Below, piece by piece: positions 9,254-17,494 of a stretch of DNA of 64,000 nt. Below the pieces are notes generated by a model. The model worked only from the letters and a program-made list of their open reading frames with translations, was not told the origin of the DNA and searched no databases. The DNA is taken from IMG/VR virus record IMGVR_UViG_3300008448_012223; one strand, 5' to 3'. The stretch is from a virus. Positions within the stretch are counted from its first letter, which is position 1. Each line of letters opens with the position of its first letter. Both the position numbers and the translations under genes were made by a program.

Positions 9254-10180
9254 ATGCCAGTTGCACTACCAGATTTATCTACGGCCATACTTAAGGAGTA
9301 CCCTAATTGCGCGGGCCCTATACTAGATCAATTAGTTCATTGGGTTGATGAATACGAACTTACCTGGGTACCTGATAGAGACGGTAAAGATGCTTACTTC
9401 TTAATGCCTGAAATAGCGCAAAGACTCAAGATGTCGGTTAGCAATGTCAGGAACTTATTTAACCCTATTGTGCGCGCCTGGGCAGATAAACCTGGCCTAC
9501 CTAAACCGCGTTTGATTAAATTAGATGCTGTAGCTATTAAACTATTTCAAAGAGCACTATATACTTATTACGATGTCAATTACTATAATAATCACTTATG
9601 GGTATGTAATTGGACAGCGGCTTATGGGCGCATAGCTCTCTATAATAACATTAGGCTGGGCCCCACTCTCTCTCGCAGTGTAGAGGGAAGTAAGACAATA
9701 CCTGCACCATCTATACGTAACGTAGGCCCCACTTATAACTCTGAGCTTGAGATACAGATGGATCTAGTATTATTAGCTAGTTATACTACTAACCCCTTCA
9801 CTAGGGAGTTAACAGTAATCAACACACTAGAGAGTCGGGCCCGCACTCGTCGCTTTGATCTATGCCGTTCTAGTAATGGTAAGACACAGGTCATTGAGAT
9901 TAAGATTAACCCTATTGGCGTAGAGGACGTAGTATCTACTATAGCTGATAAGGGTTATATAGAACTGGCCACTAACCACTTCGACACGCCAGTTGAGTTC
10001 ATATTTGTGGGGCCCAGCATTACCCCTCAAGCACAACGTCTATTGCACGAGCCTGTTTCATTTATGACTGTACGACAGTTGCGCGATATGCTATTCCAAG
10101 AAGCACTAGATAACACTCCTGCTGAAGGTCATTGGTATATACATAAGTGCAAGGAGATGCTACCCCGCTTATGGAGCTGA
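9254..10180 (+). CDS. Putative DNA-binding protein with C-terminal PD-(D/E)XK nuclease domain
   Basis: SELEIQ...RRFDL...VIEIK spacing; HTH-like N-terminus (MPEIAQRLKMSVSNVRN). Confidence 0.65.
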   Translation: MPVALPDLSTAILKEYPNCAGPILDQLVHWVDEYELTWVPDRDGKDAYFLMPEIAQRLKMSVSNVRNLFNPIVRAWADKPGLPKPRLIKLDAVAIKLFQRALYTYYDVNYYNNHLWVCNWTAAYGRIALYNNIRLGPTLSRSVEGSKTIPAPSIRNVGPTYNSELEIQMDLVLLASYTTNPFTRELTVINTLESRARTRRFDLCRSSNGKTQVIEIKINPIGVEDVVSTIADKGYIELATNHFDTPVEFIFVGPSITPQAQRLLHEPVSFMTVRQLRDMLFQEALDNTPAEGHWYIHKCKEMLPRLWS

Positions 10181-10194
10181 TTGGCTATTGATAT

Positions 10195-10224
10195 CCCTCC
10201 CTCCCTGCTGGCAGGGAGGGAGGG
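10195..10224 (+). terminator. GC-rich hairpin after 9254..10180
   Basis: CCCTCCCTCCCTGC-TG-GCAGGGAGGGAGGG palindrome 15 nt after the stop. Confidence 0.6.
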
Positions 10225-10298
10225 GATTGATTGTATGTAGTTGAGAGTGAGGCGGGCCCCTCGTGATATACTATACTGTGCCGTATACACGCCTCTTA

Positions 10299-10589
10299 TC
10301 AACGTAGTAGTTTATCTGTATATGCCGTTGGCACTATTAGTGCCGTAGAGCCATCAGTATATACTAACTTATGCAATCTGATCATAAACCCATCCTCGTG
10401 TTCTGTATACTGTAGCTTCAGTGTGTCGAACAGGTATCTCATCAGCTGGGCACTGCGGGCCTCATTATTGGGCCACATCACCATATTAATCTCTACGCTG
10501 ATGATGTGCTTTGTGAAGCACGCGTACTTCTTAATGTTGATCTGTTCGTCTGGTGATGGATATAAGGCGTAAGAGGTTAATACTTTCAT
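10299..10589 (-). CDS. Hypothetical protein
   Basis: 96-aa ORF with an AAGGAG RBS. Confidence 0.65.
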   Translation of the reverse strand: MKVLTSYALYPSPDEQINIKKYACFTKHIISVEINMVMWPNNEARSAQLMRYLFDTLKLQYTEHEDGFMIRLHKLVYTDGSTALIVPTAYTDKLLR

Positions 10590-10647
10590 AGCTCTCCTTA
10601 GTATTGTAGATTGTATCCCTAATGGGGGGGCCTATATTAATTCTGAA

Positions 10648-10720
10648 TGCAGGATAGCGGGATCGAACCGCTCTAAGCCGTCTTATGAGGACGGTGCCTC
10701 CACCTATCGGCCAATCCTGC
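10648..10720 (-). tRNA. tRNA with CAT anticodon (Ile2 or elongator Met)
   Basis: Cloverleaf: acceptor GCAGGAT/ATCCTGC, anticodon arm CCGTC-CTCATAA-GACGG, T arm AGCGG-TTCGATC-CCGCT, discriminator A. Confidence 0.92.
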
Positions 10721-10937
10721 TTGTGGTGCGACCCTAACTGGGGGGCCGCGTTTATCTAGTATGCCCGTTACTTACCCTTTCTGATTAACCTCTTTGTATT
10801 CCTGTCCCACGCCGCTACATAGAAACTATGTAACAGCCTGTTAAGCAAAATTACAAGGAAGATTAATCCACCAATCTGCGAAAGCAATAAAATCACCATC
10901 TTCCTCCTGAGTTTAATCCTCTATAAGGTTTACCGTA

Positions 10938-10990
10938 TGCAGGATAGTGGAGTCGGTTACATCATTCTACCTATCCTTATTGTGGCGCGG
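10938..10990 (-). pseudogene. Decayed third tRNA copy
   Basis: TGCAGGATAGTGGAGTCG matches the tRNA 3' end and CCTATCCTTATTGTGG resembles the 5' end/flank; the centre is missing. Confidence 0.4.
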
Positions 10991-11048
10991 GCCTCGTTAT
11001 TATGGCGCGGGCCTCGTTCTATATACTACAACTATTAAGTCTACAGTG

Positions 11049-11261
11049 TTATAGCCTAGATGTAGAGTAGTGTAACACACTACTACATGTATCGTCGGCG
11101 GGCTCTCCAGCAGACATGATTGATACCCATACCAGCGCTATGACGTATATTAACGCGACAAGGCCCCATCTATCGCGGGGCCCTACTTTAGGAATTAGAT
11201 ACATCAGGAATACTATGTACACGGTAAAGACTGCATTTAATGCTAATACTGTTATTGACAT
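11049..11261 (-). CDS. Small membrane protein
   Basis: 70 aa, two hydrophobic stretches, AAGGAG RBS. Confidence 0.6.
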   Translation of the reverse strand: MSITVLALNAVFTVYIVFLMYLIPKVGPRDRWGLVALIYVIALVWVSIMSAGEPADDTCSSVLHYSTSRL

Positions 11262-11663
11262 GCAATTATCTCCTTAATAATTAAGTGGGGACTCCCTACT
11301 ACTTACTCTTGTCTATCTCTCTGGCTCGCATTTGATAGCTTAATGTTTATTTAAATATGGTTAAATATGGCGATATTTGCCGTATTTTCATCGCTGTATT
11401 AAAAACCACAATTATTATTGTTTGAATTGTTACATACTCTAACTGTATGTTATGGGCATATTTATCTGAGGTGAGAGAAGCTGTGGAATATTTAATTGAT
11501 AAGTATAACTTATCAATATACAATACTACACTATATACTAAGTGACGCTAGCATAGATTACAATCAATAGTTAATAGGTTTGTCTCAGGGGGTAGAATGG
11601 CACTTTGATAGTCATTGATAAACTATTCTTATATAGCGTTGTGGGTTTTGCCCTAACGCTGTA

Positions 11664-11736
11664 TGCAGAATAGCGGAATCGAACCACTTTAAGCCGTCTT
11701 ATGAGGACGGTGCCTATACCAATCGGCCAATTCTGC
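11664..11736 (-). tRNA. Second tRNA with CAT anticodon (Ile2 or elongator Met)
   Basis: Near-copy of 10648..10720 with acceptor GCAGAAT/ATTCTGC (compensatory change) and an identical anticodon arm. Confidence 0.92.
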
Positions 11737-12031
11737 TTATTGGGAGACCGTAGCTGTGGTCTCATAGTCTATTATTTAGTAGGTGCTCCTATGGGAGGCC
11801 TCGCTTGTGCTAAGGCCCCTAACCCGTAGTAGTGGCCCGCGGGCTTATCACCCCTCATATTGAGCTATTACTTGCTCGAGGGCCATGGATAGTGCGGGCC
11901 CGCACTATAACTCTACACGGTAGCTTATCACGCTATTGACCTTGATCTTCTCGTTCTTGAACTAATCACAACTGCGTTAGGCTCGAATTCACCGTATGCT
12001 TCTACACTGGTATCTATTACGTAGCTCAGCG

Positions 12032-12226
12032 CTACGCTCCCACAGTGAAATTAGTCTGGCCCGCGTATAGCAGCTGTGCGTCTTCTACACGATAGTATAA
12101 GGCACTGTTACTGTAATCGGCCGGGCCCGCAGCACATAGTCGCTGTAAGTCGTCTACACAGCAGAATAAGTCTGAGTTAATGTGGCGCGCCTTGATATCT
12201 ACGTTGTTTATGCTCAGGTTAATCAA
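12032..12226 (-). CDS. Hypothetical protein
   Basis: 64-aa ORF abutting 12233..12463. Confidence 0.4.
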   Translation of the reverse strand: MINLSINNVDIKARHINSDLFCCVDDLQRLCAAGPADYSNSALYYRVEDAQLLYAGQTNFTVGA

Positions 12227-12232
12227 TGACGG

Positions 12233-12463
12233 TTATTTACTTAGAAGCTCTATTAGATAATCAATGGAACGGATACTATATTCCTTATTCGAGCCCTTGG
12301 CCCGCCAGCGGTTACGCGTCGGATAGTAGTAGTAGAAGCGGCCCTTAACGTTAATGAGTAGGGACCCATTACCAACAGAGGACCATTTAATGCCGTGTTT
12401 ATCTAGGCACTCCTTAGCGTGATCAAACTCAGGGAAGTTTTCATTATTCATGGGCTCATCCAT
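12233..12463 (-). CDS. Hypothetical protein (paralog of 13060..13263)
   Basis: YYYYPTRNRWRAKGSNKEY is shared with 13060..13263. Confidence 0.7.
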   Translation of the reverse strand: MDEPMNNENFPEFDHAKECLDKHGIKWSSVGNGSLLINVKGRFYYYYPTRNRWRAKGSNKEYSIRSIDYLIELLSK

Positions 12464-12479
12464 TTTAATTAATAGGGTA

Positions 12480-12508
12480 TTGACAGGGTGGGGGCCCTGT
12501 GCTATAAT
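12480..12508 (+). promoter_or_regulatory. Consensus sigma70 promoter
   Basis: TTGACA(12480-85)-17 bp-TATAAT(12503-08) with TGn extension; ACAGGG...CCCTGT inverted repeat over the -35/spacer. Confidence 0.85.
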
Positions 12509-12514
12509 ACACGC

Positions 12515-12850
12515 ATGTGTAACATCTGCAGACGTAAGGCGAAGCTTTATACTGCGTACGCCGTGCCCCTAACTCACGAGAGCACGAAGGGAATGAGGCC
12601 AGGACTGCCTCACTACCACCTGGGTACCCGACACCCACCTACCATCGATAAGGTGATGATGGCAGGTAAGTCAAACGGCATACCGATAGGTATGTGGCCC
12701 CACACGGGGCGGAGGGGATGACCCCTTGCAGGCGGGAGGGGGCAGCGCACGCAGGTAATGAGAGCCACGGAGCAGCGACCGACTGGGGGGAGGGACTCCC
12801 GTAAGGGAGTTAGGCCTATCCTCTCCTCAGGATGACATATAAACCGCCCT
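12515..12850 (+). ncRNA. Candidate structured non-coding RNA
   Basis: At least six hairpins directly downstream of the promoter; no convincing ORF/RBS. Confidence 0.55.
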
Positions 12851-12930
12851 TGGCGATTCCCCCAATTGGGTGAAGTTGTTTATTAGACGCTGTAACCAAT
12901 AAATTATTGGCCTCCCCGATAACGCGGGGG

Positions 12931-13061
12931 GGCCCGCCACAGGCCCACAACAGCTAACTTAATCCCTACTAGGGATTGAAACTCCAGGATGGGCCCTACT
13001 AATTAACTAACGGCCCCCTCTGATTAGCTGTTGTGGGCCTGTGGCGGGCCGTTAGTTAATT
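12931..13061. repeat. Interlocked inverted repeats (27 bp and 15 bp)
   Basis: 12931-57 is the reverse complement of 13024-50; 13001-15 is the reverse complement of 13047-61. Confidence 0.9.
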
Positions 13062-13263
13062 AAGTGTATTTGGAGAGGAACTTTACTAGGTGGTCGATAG
13101 AGTGTGAATTATATTCTTTATTGCTTCCTCTGGCCCGCCACCTCTTACGGGCTGGGTAGTAATAGGAGCGCCCCCTCACTGTAATTGATAGGCGCCCAGG
13201 TGTATCTAATCGCTCCTTAGCGTAATCTAGCTCATTACTCTCATTATTCATCAGCTGTTCCAT
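13060..13263 (-). CDS. Hypothetical protein (internally deleted paralog of 12233..12463)
   Basis: MNNE...AKE.LD...YYYPARKRWRARGSNKEY. Confidence 0.6.
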   Translation of the reverse strand: MEQLMNNESNELDYAKERLDTPGRLSITVRGRSYYYPARKRWRARGSNKEYNSHSIDHLVKFLSKYT

Positions 13264-13738
13264 TATATTGGCATATATATACTATTATTTGGCCGCCTAG
13301 ACTATCGTATGGCACTATTGTGTCCATTATTCTCATTGGGGCCCGCGGATAGTCCCTGTTCTATACCTGCTCTGCCCCTCACCCTTATGGGAGTGGTTAT
13401 AAGGAGGGGGGCCACCACGGAAGGGTTGGCGGTAATACCTACACGATCAACATAGTTCAGTCGTCCTGTCCTTGTCTTCCTTATATTGATAGTCCACGAG
13501 GAGGGAGGGCCGCTCTATAATCAGGCGGGCCCCCCTCTACCGCAGGGCCCACTGTGTTATAACATCGCGGGCCCCATATGCATTAGTATATGACAGTAGT
13601 TGAGCTGAGCTACACCGGTTCCTTATACCGTAGCAGGGCCCACCATCGTGACAGTATGGCCTCAATACTGAGCTACACCGGCCGCGTACCGTTATACCGC
13701 GGGCCTTATGTTAGTTGACTGTATCCTCAATGTTGGGG

Positions 13739-13767
13739 TTGACACCACTGCAGCGGCGTGGTATAAT
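13739..13767 (+). promoter_or_regulatory. Consensus sigma70 promoter
   Basis: TTGACA(13739-44)-17 bp-TATAAT(13762-67) with TGn extension. Confidence 0.85.
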
Positions 13768-13979
13768 GGATGTATTGGATTATAGAGGTGCGGCTGCTAG
13801 ACTATTTAGGCCCATCTTGCTAGCATATCCACAAAATTAGTCTTAATAATCACCCCCCCTTCACAGAGATGCGGCCGGTGCCCAGATAGCACCACTTATG
13901 GCCATCGAGGGTTGTACTAGGTAACGGTAATTACCTCCTAGAGCCCGGGCCTTCCTCGTTAATTAGTACATCGGCATTA

Positions 13980-14008
13980 TTGCCACGACGATAATTTTGA
14001 TGTATAAT
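13980..14008 (+). promoter_or_regulatory. Sigma70 promoter
   Basis: TTGCCA(13980-85)-17 bp-TATAAT(14003-08). Confidence 0.75.
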
Positions 14009-14021
14009 GTATATATGCTAG

Positions 14022-14306
14022 TGCTCACTGAATATCTGGCCAGTGAGCATGATCTAGACCTACTGAATATCTGGCCAGTAGGTTGAACCTATCCCTAGAT
14101 TGCGACCCCGGCCTCCGATGGAGGGGGGGACCCGCGATCAACGGATAATCAAATGCCCTATAGATGGCGTCCCGGCCTCCGATGGAGGGGGGATATGCAT
14201 CTGTAGGGCATTTTCATTTACTTATCCCTGGGGCCCCCCTTCCCCCTTCCCCGGCCTCCGATGGAGGGGGGGATCGAGGAGGGGCCGGCCGCAGGGATAA
14301 GTAAAT
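14022..14306. ncRNA. Multi-arm structured leader/ncRNA upstream of the HNH gene
   Basis: Twin hairpins with the identical loop AATATCTGGC; three CCCGGCCTCCGATGGAGGGGGG modules, each capping a longer stem. Confidence 0.55.
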
Positions 14307-14362
14307 GCCGGGAGCCTATCTCGTGGGGGCTGCCCGGCATAATTACACATAGAAACCTCTCT

Positions 14363-14392
14363 ATTATAGCACATGGAGGCACATGGAAACAA
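14363..14392 (-). promoter_or_regulatory. Antisense sigma70-type promoter overlapping the HNH RBS/start
   Basis: Minus strand TTGTTT-18 bp-TATAAT with TGn extension. Confidence 0.5.
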
Positions 14393-15069
14393 AATCAAGT
14401 AGCGGATTCGAACCTCGCCCATCTTACCACGCCATGCATATTATGCTAGGTGGGGCCCGCCGCTATCTCGCGGCTGCCACTATTCACACCAATGCCAGTG
14501 GCTACCAGTACGTCCTCGCTAAGGAGAATAAGCGGCTATTCGATTACCTCGAGCACTGTCGCTTCTTCGCGTTCCACTGCACTAACCTCCGTAAGGAGCT
14601 GGTATATGTTCACCAGATAGTCCTCTACATTGATAGGCGGCCCGCCGCTGGTTGGAGACGAGAACGCCGTGGTGAGGTCTGCCGCGCGGGCCTCATGGAA
14701 GTACATCACCTCGATGGTGATACCTCTAACAACGACTATGGTAATCTCTGGTACGTGAGCCCCATCGAGAATAAGCTTCTGGCCCACGCTACTCAGAATC
14801 CTGAGGTTATCGCTGACCCCGCTCAGTGGGTAGTGCACTACGGTACCGATAGCGGTGATATACGCCCCCTCGCTCAGTTCACCCACCTGCTCGAGCGCAC
14901 ACTACAGCGCACTATGACGCGATTGGGCCTCGATTGGGCTCAGGAGAGGGTGCAGCGCTGGTGGCGGGGCCTACCTACTGATGCAGCTCGTCATCTCTTG
15001 GCCGGCCTTAGATCTACTATCGACCCCCTACTTGATATCTTCCGGAGGGAGCAGGCCGCCTGCGCGTGA
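14383..15069 (+). CDS. HNH endonuclease
   Basis: YVHQIVL...EVHHLDGDTSNNDYGNLWYVSPIEN; GGAGG RBS. Confidence 0.85.
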   Translation: METKSSSGFEPRPSYHAMHIMLGGARRYLAAATIHTNASGYQYVLAKENKRLFDYLEHCRFFAFHCTNLRKELVYVHQIVLYIDRRPAAGWRRERRGEVCRAGLMEVHHLDGDTSNNDYGNLWYVSPIENKLLAHATQNPEVIADPAQWVVHYGTDSGDIRPLAQFTHLLERTLQRTMTRLGLDWAQERVQRWWRGLPTDAARHLLAGLRSTIDPLLDIFRREQAACA

Positions 15070-15084
15070 TGCTGTTGCACGCAC

Positions 15085-15324
15085 CTATCTTGAAGCTGTT
15101 CTCTCAATTACGACGGGCCCCTCCTCGAATAGGTCATCACATAGCCGCTGACAATCATAGATCACGTACTGACTGACGGCAAACGCGCTGTCTGCCACCA
15201 TCATGTAACCCCCCTCTCCATCTGGCCTGATTATACCGCTCCTCTCTAGCTCCTCTGCCTCCTCTATAGTAATGGGGGCCAGGTATCTACCGTCTGTGGC
15301 TCGTATTGTATATTTAGTTTGCAT
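15085..15324 (-). CDS. Hypothetical protein
   Basis: 79-aa ORF; start uncertain (ATG at 15304 also possible). Confidence 0.6.
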   Translation of the reverse strand: MQTKYTIRATDGRYLAPITIEEAEELERSGIIRPDGEGGYMMVADSAFAVSQYVIYDCQRLCDDLFEEGPVVIERTASR

Positions 15325-15724
15325 ATGATTTATTTAGTCTTGTACTGCTGGCCCGCGCTGCTCTCTCTGTAGCAGCCTTCATTATCTTATCGTCTAACTC
15401 TCTGTAAAACTCTATGTCCCCTAGGGCCATGAAACAGCTCATCGCTTCTACTAAGTCGGGCCTCTCTCGGAAGTATTCTACTTCCCCTCCTCCCTCTAGA
15501 TACCTCCTCAGTAATCTCGCTATCTGTATACCTTCATCATTGGCCTCTGTCCATAGGCTCTTGAACGCTGTCGTACATATATTAATATCGTGCCCCATCT
15601 CTCGGGCCTTCGTTAATGTGTATCTCTCTAGTAAGGCGTATCGCATTAGAATGGGGAGATGGGCCGGGCCATACTCCTCTAACCATTCTGCTATTACCTC
15701 TAGTGCTGTGTTTAGTTTACTCAA
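15314..15724 (-). CDS. Hypothetical helical protein
   Basis: 136-aa ORF. Confidence 0.65.
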   Translation of the reverse strand: MSKLNTALEVIAEWLEEYGPAHLPILMRYALLERYTLTKAREMGHDINICTTAFKSLWTEANDEGIQIARLLRRYLEGGGEVEYFRERPDLVEAMSCFMALGDIEFYRELDDKIMKAATERAARASSTRLNKSYAN

Positions 15725-15812
15725 TGTATTACACGCCCTCTGCTATGGGCGGGGTTGACCCGCTAGTAGCCGCGGGCCAAGTAATTTATAGCTAGGCTAC
15801 TCTAGTTCTCTA

Positions 15813-16319
15813 TTAGTACTGGAGAGTTACATGGTTGAAACAGTCGGGAGCACTTGCTTCATACGCTGCTCCACTTGCTCCCTTAGTTCCTGCCTTCTTA
15901 TTGAAGAGCCTATTTATCTCTTCCTCATTCACAAGGGTGTCATCACTACTCCAGGCCTCATAATAAACGGAGTCAATGTCGTCCTCCATGATTATGATAT
16001 TACCCTCAGCCGTGGGTTTTTTGGTTTTACATTCAATCACCATTACAATGAATGGGCTATTATTCCCATACATCTTGTAGCCATCGGCTATGTCCTTGGC
16101 TATATAATTGCTATGCGGGAACACTAGGTTGACAGTTAGCCCAGTGGCCCGTTCACTGACGTCGATAGAACGGCCGTTTGCTAACTTCAAATGATAGTCT
16201 TGCGCTTCAACGCAAGTTCCAGTTAACACGGCATTGCCGCTGCGGCTAGTCGTAAATGTAACTTGTTTGGTTTCATTCGAACGGGTTAATTTGATTCTTA
16301 GTTTCATTCTTGGTTTCAT
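15813..16319 (-). CDS. Hypothetical beta-rich protein (family with 16426..16950 and 21054..21701)
   Basis: Clear tandem paralog of the next gene. Confidence 0.8.
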   Translation of the reverse strand: MKPRMKLRIKLTRSNETKQVTFTTSRSGNAVLTGTCVEAQDYHLKLANGRSIDVSERATGLTVNLVFPHSNYIAKDIADGYKMYGNNSPFIVMVIECKTKKPTAEGNIIIMEDDIDSVYYEAWSSDDTLVNEEEINRLFNKKAGTKGASGAAYEASAPDCFNHVTLQY

Positions 16320-16425
16320 GGCAGTCCTACTTAATTATTTGATGGGGTAACCCTCTACTAGGTAGAGGGTCCTTGCGACCATTCTTCCCCGCGGCAGGCC
16401 GTGTAATTTATACTCTAGCTCTCTA

Positions 16426-16950
16426 TTAGAGTCTCTCTTGGAGAGTTACCTTACGGCTGAACCAGTTGGGAGCACCTGAAGTAGGAGCACTTGCTTCACG
16501 CGCTGCTCCACTTGCCCCCTTAGTTTCTGCCTCCTTATTGAAGAGCATATCTAGCTCGCGCTCATTCACGAAAGTATCGTCATTCCATGCTTCATAGTCA
16601 ATTGACGCAATGTCGTCCCCCATGATGATTATATTGCCCCCGGCTGCGGGCTTCTTAGTTTTACAATCAATCACCATTGTGATGAATGGACTGCCATTCC
16701 CATGGATACGGTAACCATCAGCTATGTGATTGGCTATAGTATCAGTATCTTGTGGTCTGAATACTAGATTAACAGTCAGCCCAATGGCCCGCTCACTGAC
16801 ATCAACGAGGCTACCATCTGACAGGTTCAACTGATAATTACTAGCGTCTACCACGGTGCCGGTTAGCACCGTGTTGCCATTCTTAGGGCTAGTAGTAAGT
16901 GTTACTTGCCGGGTTGCGTTGCTGCGCGTCAATTTGATCTTGAGTTTCAT
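16426..16950 (-). CDS. Hypothetical beta-rich protein (paralog)
   Basis: KLKIKLTRSN...VLTGTV...GLTVNLVF...IADGY shared; GAGG RBS. Confidence 0.8.
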   Translation of the reverse strand: MKLKIKLTRSNATRQVTLTTSPKNGNTVLTGTVVDASNYQLNLSDGSLVDVSERAIGLTVNLVFRPQDTDTIANHIADGYRIHGNGSPFITMVIDCKTKKPAAGGNIIIMGDDIASIDYEAWNDDTFVNERELDMLFNKEAETKGASGAAREASAPTSGAPNWFSRKVTLQERL

Positions 16951-17157
16951 AATATACCTCGGTTAGTTGGTTAATTGATTGGGGTCTCTTAGTAGTGCGG
17001 CCACTCTTCTATGCGACGGGCTCCGTGATACGGCCAGACTTGACGACTCGTCCCCCCTGCGGGGGCCTTCCTCATCTGCGGTCGTGCCTCGCGCACTCTG
17101 ACCACCAGCTCTCGATGGCGTGGTTTAATTTCCAGGCTATACAGATCGATTGGATAA

Positions 17158-17391
17158 TCAGACATTCCCTACCCCCCAGTAAATTGAGTTACCTACTCGA
17201 CTCTCTACACCATTAGGTGATAGTATGATACGCGCATTGCTCCGCTTGGAGCTCGATAGATAGAGCGCGCGGGCCAGGAATGCTACGATTACTAGTACCG
17301 CTACACTATGTGTGATGACCAGCACGGCCACCATGAACATGAACAGTGATAGATACGCTACGTGACGCGCATCTAATTCTATAGGCTCCAT
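17158..17391 (-). CDS. Small membrane protein
   Basis: Start moved to MEPIELD (GGAG RBS); two TM-like segments. Confidence 0.55.
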   Translation of the reverse strand: MEPIELDARHVAYLSLFMFMVAVLVITHSVAVLVIVAFLARALYLSSSKRSNARIILSPNGVESRVGNSIYWGVGNV

Positions 17392-17494
17392 ATAGCTCTC
17401 CCATGGTGTGGTTAATGGATGGGTACACCCAGTGCCGCCGATTAGGCCGCAGTCGATGCCCCTAGTGCCCCACTGGGGCATCGACAATGGGATA

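Noticed and set aside
10790-11560. Genes in the AT-rich patches between the tRNAs
   Set aside because: Only short interrupted frames that I could not assign; possibly decayed inserts.
14106-14272. Mini CRISPR array (three 23-nt palindromic repeats)
   Set aside because: The spacers are unequal and base-pair with each other, so they are structural arms; no cas genes in the window.
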